A DNA stretch of 64,000 nt from assembly GCF_964204645.1 (NCBI RefSeq), contig NC_134027.1:27366560-27430559 (forward strand), in the 5' to 3' direction. Below, one piece after another: positions 58,278-64,000 of the stretch. Below the pieces are notes generated by a model, which made no database searches, was not told where the DNA came from, and saw only the letters and a list, made by a program, of their open reading frames with translations. The stretch is from Tubulanus polymorphus. Its lineage: Eukaryota; Animalia; Nemertea. The number at the start of each line of letters is the position of its first letter. The stretch's first letter is position 1. A program made the translations under genes and the position numbers.

Positions 58278-61200
58278 CAGTATAGCGTGTGATAGTGACG
58301 AGTATTGTCTATATATTTGTTCAGGCTGGACTATCACTTGTATAAAGCATGTCGTAAAGATGCCTATAGTAAATGTGGTGCTACCGAGCAGTGGTACAAT
58401 ACTCAACAGATACACAACGTTCCCGTTCAGGAAAATAGCGCAACTCCCGTTTTAACATGTTTATATTGGGTGATGAAATTGAGACAGCCCGGTCGTCAGG
58501 TGAGACCATCAGTTATACGGCTGTGTTTTAATAGTTCAGTGTACACTGGTGATCACCGCTCCCCTCACACACCCCTCTATACACCTATCACCTCTGTACA
58601 TTGTACTAGATGTCTATATACACACATGACTAGGTACCGGGGGTGAATGGTCGTGATGGATTCTCTTCATTCTGGGGGTTTAGGGTGAATGATGGTTATG
58701 GATTCTCTTCATTATTTTTCACACTCTACAATGAATATTCATACAACACAAATTATACAGGTATCAATTTACAGCCTGGAACCACCCATTCAGCCTGGAA
58801 CCACCCACTCAGCCTGGAACCACCCTCCTAAGTCTTAAAGAAATGTCTGGTGTTTGTAGTTCATTTTCAATTAAAAATATCTCTGGTGAAGTTCTTAACT
58901 CACATGTGAAGTGTGGACGATCAGTTTTTGAAAATGAGCTGATAAAATATCTAATATCTGGTGTTTGTAGTTCATTTTCAATTAAAAATGTCTCAGGTGA
59001 AGCACTGAACACATGTGAAGTGTGGACGATCAGTTTTTGAAAGTGAGCTGATAAAATGTCTAATGTCTGGTGTTCGTAGTTCATTTTCAATTAAAAATGT
59101 CTCAGGTGAAGCACTGAACACATGTGAAGTGTGGACGATCAGTTTTTGAAAGTGAGCTGATAAAATATCTAATATCCGGTGTTCGTAGTTCATTTTCTGG
59201 TGATGTGAATGTTTCTGGTGAAGTTCTTAACACATGTGAAATAAGGGTGGATGATCAGTTTTTGTATGCTCATTAAAATGTCTGGTGTTTGTAGTTCATA
59301 GTGCAGTGAGATAAATGATACCTGTATAAACAGTGTTGAGGAGACAGAGTTGTGTTAATGTCATGTGTGTATAAAGACAGTTTTATTTATTGTTTTTGAT
59401 TACTCTCTGATTTTAGATTGTCCCCTCGATTATATCGGAAATGTTCCCAAAATGCAAAGACGTTGTGCGGCGCCACCGACTGGACAAACTTGAAACTACA
59501 GAACTACGATGAACATCTATTAACGTTTTCTTGTCTTTATTCAAATATGAAAAATGGAAAGGTTCGAATTAATAAACATTGAATCAGTGATGGGGAGAAG
59601 GAGGGGAGGAGGGAGGAGGGAGGAATGAGTGAATTCAAATAGGATCTGTTCAATATCTAATAGGGGGTTCATTAACCGAGGCTCACAATTACTGTCACTT
59701 TTTCACTTCTATCTGTTTCCTAGATCTCTTTATTATTTGTCACATCGATTGTTTTATCATGAAGATAAAATTATTGTATCTGAAGTATAAATCACTCACT
59801 GACGATGTCTTTTCAATTATTTTCGATGCAATAATTTTATACGTTGATATTAAGATCCACAATAGAATAGCATAAACTTGATGAGACTGTAATCATATCA
59901 GTGAAATCAATCGTGAAAATCTATTAGAAAAAATGTAATAATGAGCACTATAAAGTGTTTGATAGTTGCTATTCTATAATGGTTCTACAAATCGTGATAT
60001 AAGAATTTTTTGAAAGCTGTCGCTGAATTGAAGTAGTGAACTATAATGCAATCACTTTTATTCGATGTATTAAAGTTTAATTTGATGTATTTCAGTTGGA
60101 ACGTGAATGCGCTATGGAAGTTAAACGAGTAATGAGACAGAGAGCTGTTAGTGTCGAGATGGAACCACGTATTGAGGAACCGTGTATGAAAGATTTAGCC
60201 GAATTCTGCAGTGAAAACGTACAAAAGGGAAACGTAAGTAGCATCTATTAACGATGATAACAAACTACTGCGGCAAGTGAACATCCACCAGGTGTCGCTA
60301 GTGTGCAGTGGGACATCAACCACTGCAGCGATAGAGGATTCCACCTGTGGCATGCGAGGATCTGCCAGGTGTCACTAGTAATTCTTCGGTCATCCGCACT
60401 TTGATTTATCCTAGATTTCAAATAAAAATGAATAAACTCTTCGGCACCTTTAAATGAAAACTACCAGGGGTACATACCAAACACGAAGAGTAGAAAAGTG
60501 TTTATGTTCCTCACAACTTGTTTTGACAATATTTGAATTCATGAGTTCAAAAATACAGTCTTCAACATCGATAGTTAAACTCTTTACATTCAGAGGAGTA
60601 GAACTGTGTCTTAACACGTCGTCTTTAGGAATAGCCGGTGCTTGATCAAATCAATTTCGTTGTAATTTCAGGAAATCGAATGTTTACAAGATCATTTAGA
60701 AGATTTAGCCGATGAATGTCGATCTGCTGTTGGTAATTTCACTGAAGATGAAGACATGGATCCTGAATTAGATCGGATATTGATTAAAGCTTGTACTCCG
60801 ATGATTAAAAAGTTCTGCGATGAATTGATGTCGCAGGACGATACCGAACCCGGGGACGTGATGGAATGTTTAATCAGACAGAAACATCACCCGAAAATGA
60901 ATAAGAAATGTCGAGCAGGAGTCGAACATCATCAACTTGTAAGTAACATCATTCATAAATACACTGGGTTTGTAGCAAGGCTAACATTTTAAAATCTAGA
61001 AATTTCTCTGACTCACTCAAGATGTGAAATCACATGGACGAACCAGTAAATGGACGAAATGTGACCACCACCCTGTAAAATGTGCTTACTCTTTTTGGAC
61101 TTGATGTTATTTATCCCAGGGAATATCTGCTGATGAATTTTATTGTATCTTTCCAGTTACAACTTAGTCAAAATTTAAAGTGGTCGTTTCTTTCAAAAAT

Positions 61201-63918
61201 AGATTATAAATTTGATTGCATTGCCTTTTTCATACTTAAATGATTGATTAAGACAAAATGCTGTGAACTTGACTTCTTGATTCTGGAAAGTGCTGAATTT
61301 TGTCATAGTCCACAACAAACCTGCTACAAACCTTGCATTCACTTAATAACCTCAAACTACAGAATTGTAATACAAACTCATTAGAATCAGTGATGTGATT
61401 ATAGTGAAGTAAAAGTGAAAATGTTCTAATTTCAGATTTCAATGAAAGGATTTAAATTTACCTATCAGTTCAAAGAAGCTTGCAAATTAGATGTAATAAG
61501 AAATTGTCAGGGCCATTCAAAAAAGAAGTAAGATATTCATCGGATTTCTGATGATACATGATATATGATAAGATAAATGATATTTGATATAAGATAAATG
61601 ATATGATAATATGATGTATTTAAAGGAGTGATGTCATCGTGTGTTTAAGTGAAGTCGTTAGAAACGATACTTTGTACGATCGACCGCCAAGAATCTCTCG
61701 CGAATGTCGACAGAAATTAAAATTCGAATTATTCCAACGGGTAAGTGTGCGCCCGTGGGTGTGTGCGCGCCCATGTGGGTGTGCGCGCCCGTGTGGGTGT
61801 GTGCGCGCCCATGTGGGTGTGCGCGCTCGTGGGTGTGTGCGCGCCCGTGTGGGTGTGTGCGCGCGTGTGTGCATTCTACAGTTTCAACATTGCATAAGTC
61901 ATTATCTCGGTTGTATTTTATTATTTTTGAATTAGTCCGAAAACATTCAGTTTGATCCAAAACTGAGAAAAGGTTGCGCTGCGGATCAACAGAAATTTTG
62001 TAGTAATGTCGTACCTGGAAGTTCAGCTGTAAGTTTGAAATACTCAGTTTCACATTCGTGACTTATATCCAAAACTAGTCTTAAGATTGGTTATTGAACT
62101 AAGGTCGCTTAGACTGGTCTCGAATCATGACCGTGAATCTGGGATCCAGAAACTATTACATGTGCTGTAGATTTGATGTGAATTAATTTGATATTTTTGA
62201 TTTATTTAGGTTTTAGAATGTTTAAAGAAACATCAACAAAAACTATCAGATAAATGTCATAGAATCGTATTCAAACGTCAGGTAATTAATGGATTATTCA
62301 CCAATGTTCAATTCATTTCACTTGTATCCAGTATTGTGTATCCTGTATTGTGTATCCTGTATTGTGTATCCAGTATCCTGTATTGTGTATCCTGTATTGT
62401 GTATCATTTTCATACACTATTCTTTAATTTCATGTATTTTATTTTGTAGAAAGTTGAATTGGTTGTGAATAATGCGGATTATCAGTTAATGACTCAGTGT
62501 AAATCAATGATTAAGGTAAAGTTGAGTTCTCATCTCATTCCTTAATAACTTATCATCTCAAAATCAATTGAGACAAATCACAGTCAATTGTTAGTACATG
62601 AAACACCCACAATATTAAAAATCTAATTTACTACAAAATGTTTACTGTGACATTTGGGGTAGAATGCTTTTATCCTCTTTGAATAAGTCTTTTAGAATTA
62701 ATCTTCAATATTTTAGGTCATTTATATCACTTTGTAAACTCAAAAGGCAAACTTAATCTAAAAACTCAAACTCAAAAGAACTGACACAAAACTCACTTCA
62801 AACTCATCATCATCCATTCAGTGTCTATATGTGATTGTTTTTACAGATTCATTGTTCATCGGTTCAATCATCTGAAATTCTCAACTGTTTGAAAAAACAC
62901 AAAGATCAAATGGATTTCGACGTTAAATGTAGAAAAGTCGTTTACAACCGTTTGGAAACTAAAAGTCACGGTAAGTCAAAATTACCTCAATTCATTTACA
63001 GTTATATATAAGTTAAGTCAAAACTACCTCAACTCATCAATAACCATTCACAGGTTCAGTCAGTGAACCAATGTCATCTTTAATGAAGTCATCTCTATTT
63101 TTGGAGTCCATATTTGTATTTATAATTCAATTAACTAAGTTTTATTTATCATTTTGATAATTCTTCAATGTAATGATTGTCGGAACTACAATGACTTCAG
63201 CAGTAGCGAGTTTCCCTGTATATTCCCTAACGTTGTATGTTTGTATTGTTGAATACAGATTACAGATTTAATCCACAACTGATGCGAGAATGTAAATTAG
63301 ATATTCCTAAATTCTGTCGACCGATCATCAATAAACGTAAAAAAGATACCGAAATGGAAGGTGAAGTTATCAACTGTTTGAAATTACAGTTAGTTAAAAA
63401 GGTAAGATTTTCATCTTCTGATTTACGCTGGTTTCAATGTGTCAATCCGTACCTCTGAACCGCCCTCCCCTCCATCAGTCCTGAAACCCCTGATGCAGCC
63501 CTGAACTGACCCCTCATTGAACTTTTTGTAGATGTTATCTCCTTCCTGTGAAACAAGAATCAAGAATATAATCATGGAATCATCGTTACATTACAAACAG
63601 GATCCAGTTTTAGCTAAAGCTTGTCGCGAAGAGGTTAGTGTATATTCAACAGATTCCTGGTCAGTTAGCTGACTAGCTGGCTGGTCAGTTGGCTGGTGGG
63701 TCAGTCAGCTGGCTAGCTGGCTGGTCGGTCGGCTGATCATTTGAATGACTGCAGATTATTCTAATTCATTGAATTGTATATGATTATTTTCTGTGTAGAT
63801 TTTAACGATGTGTCCTGATAAACTATCGGATGGCGATGAATCACGTTATGGCGGCGTTGAAGAATGTTTGAAAAACAAATTCAAACAACATAAGATTAAA
63901 AAACGAGTTTGTCAAGAT
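46264..63918 (+). CDS. GLG1: Golgi apparatus protein 1 (cysteine-rich FGF receptor/ESL-1), >20 exons, truncated at the window end
   Basis: Signal-like hydrophobic N-terminus, a Q-rich segment, then GLG1 Cys-rich repeats: LWDYKRNLTTDYRF, IVFSDFRLISNF, RIAELQGDDFHLDRPLFYACRDDRERFC, DYRIDPTLHAAC, CEERLLEVQYFMARDWKL, CRAGVEHHQL, DYRFNPQLMREC. Exons join in phase. Confidence 0.96.
48926..49222. mobile_element. Two adjacent copies of the fold-back family with arms gagtctgaaa..tttcct(t/c)gag
   Basis: 48926-49036 has tttccttgag / ctcaaggaa arms around CTGAAGAtgactgttaggagtcaaa (48971). 49071-49222 has gagtttgaaatgtttcctcgag / ctcaaggaaatatttcagactc and outer ends ataaaatccc / gggattttgt. Confidence 0.6.
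49698..49893 (-). ncRNA. Minimal hammerhead-like motif inside a fold-back element
   Basis: Minus strand: ttt-CTGAAGA(49792-49786)-t-gact-attaggatgc-agtt-GAAA(49766-49763)-tg-TT-gaataaa. Outer arms are aatcccacatt / aatgtgggatt. Confidence 0.55.
51021..57891 (+). repeat. 42-bp tandem array (~163 copies) made of the GLG1 intron end plus exon start
   Basis: Unit actgattctattttaag|gattatgaattgtttattggatca(c/t). The last copy runs into unique exon sequence (57866-57967). Confidence 0.97.
57953..58056 (+). repeat. 52-bp tandem duplication spanning a GLG1 splice donor
   Basis: ggctcgtgattggaa|gtaagtaatctgactgtaaatagggttt(g/a)cgggttcc occurs twice. Confidence 0.95.
58325..58499 (+). CDS. GLG1: GLG1 alternative exon A
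   Basis: ttgttcag|G CTG GAC...CGT CAG|gtgaga; 175 nt, phase 2 to 0; (K)LDYHLYKACRKDAYSKCGATEQW...VLTCLYWVMKLRQPGRQ. Confidence 0.85.
58840..59300. repeat. 108-109-bp satellite, ~4 copies, same family as 17100-17850
   Basis: Same unit; lies between GLG1 alternative exons A and B. Confidence 0.9.
59417..59561 (+). CDS. GLG1: GLG1 alternative exon B
   Basis: gattttag|A TTG TCC...GGA AAG|gttcga; 145 nt, phase 2 to 0; (K)LSPRLYRKCSQNAKTLCGATDWTNLKLQNYDEHLLTFSCLYSNMKNGK. Confidence 0.8.
61745..61872. repeat. GT/GC-rich minisatellite directly after a GLG1 donor
   Basis: (gtgtgcgcgcccgtgtgg)-like units. Confidence 0.9.
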
Positions 63919-64000
63919 GTAAGCATCATTTCAAATAGTTAGACAGTTAATACATGGTTTTCGTGAAGATATCTGATTGTGAAACTAAACCACGGTCTTG

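Noticed and set aside
60284-60300. CTCF-like motif ccaccaggtgtcgc (also ~12502 and ~35414)
   Set aside because: Single partial motif matches cannot be supported without binding data.

Overview
AT-rich, intron-rich animal (invertebrate-type) genomic DNA; not prokaryotic and no CRISPR. Six protein-coding genes were reconstructed by hand from GT-AG sites and reading-frame phase: (1) the 5' part of a ZNF423/ZNF521-like zinc-finger gene (minus, 40-nt first coding exon MSRRKQAKPRAVK at 12144-12183, running off the left edge); (2) an SMPD3-like neutral sphingomyelinase (minus); (3) a secreted PAN/apple + C-type lectin protein (plus); (4) DHX38/PRP16 (minus); (5) a C-terminal-motor kinesin-14 with an unusual N-terminal tail (plus); (6) GLG1 (plus, running off the right edge). 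Introns are full of MITEs and minisatellites. Three things stand out. First, a ~6.9-kb array of ~163 copies of a 42-bp unit that is GLG1's own 3' splice site plus exon start; the same exon has a duplicated donor. Second, a phase-locked pair of homologous, mutually exclusive GLG1 exons directly follows it. Third, there is a set of short intronic fold-back elements carrying minimal hammerhead-ribozyme cores of the Penelope type, one with a core on each strand and one with a 13-bp target-site duplication. All homology calls come from recalled motifs, not database searches.
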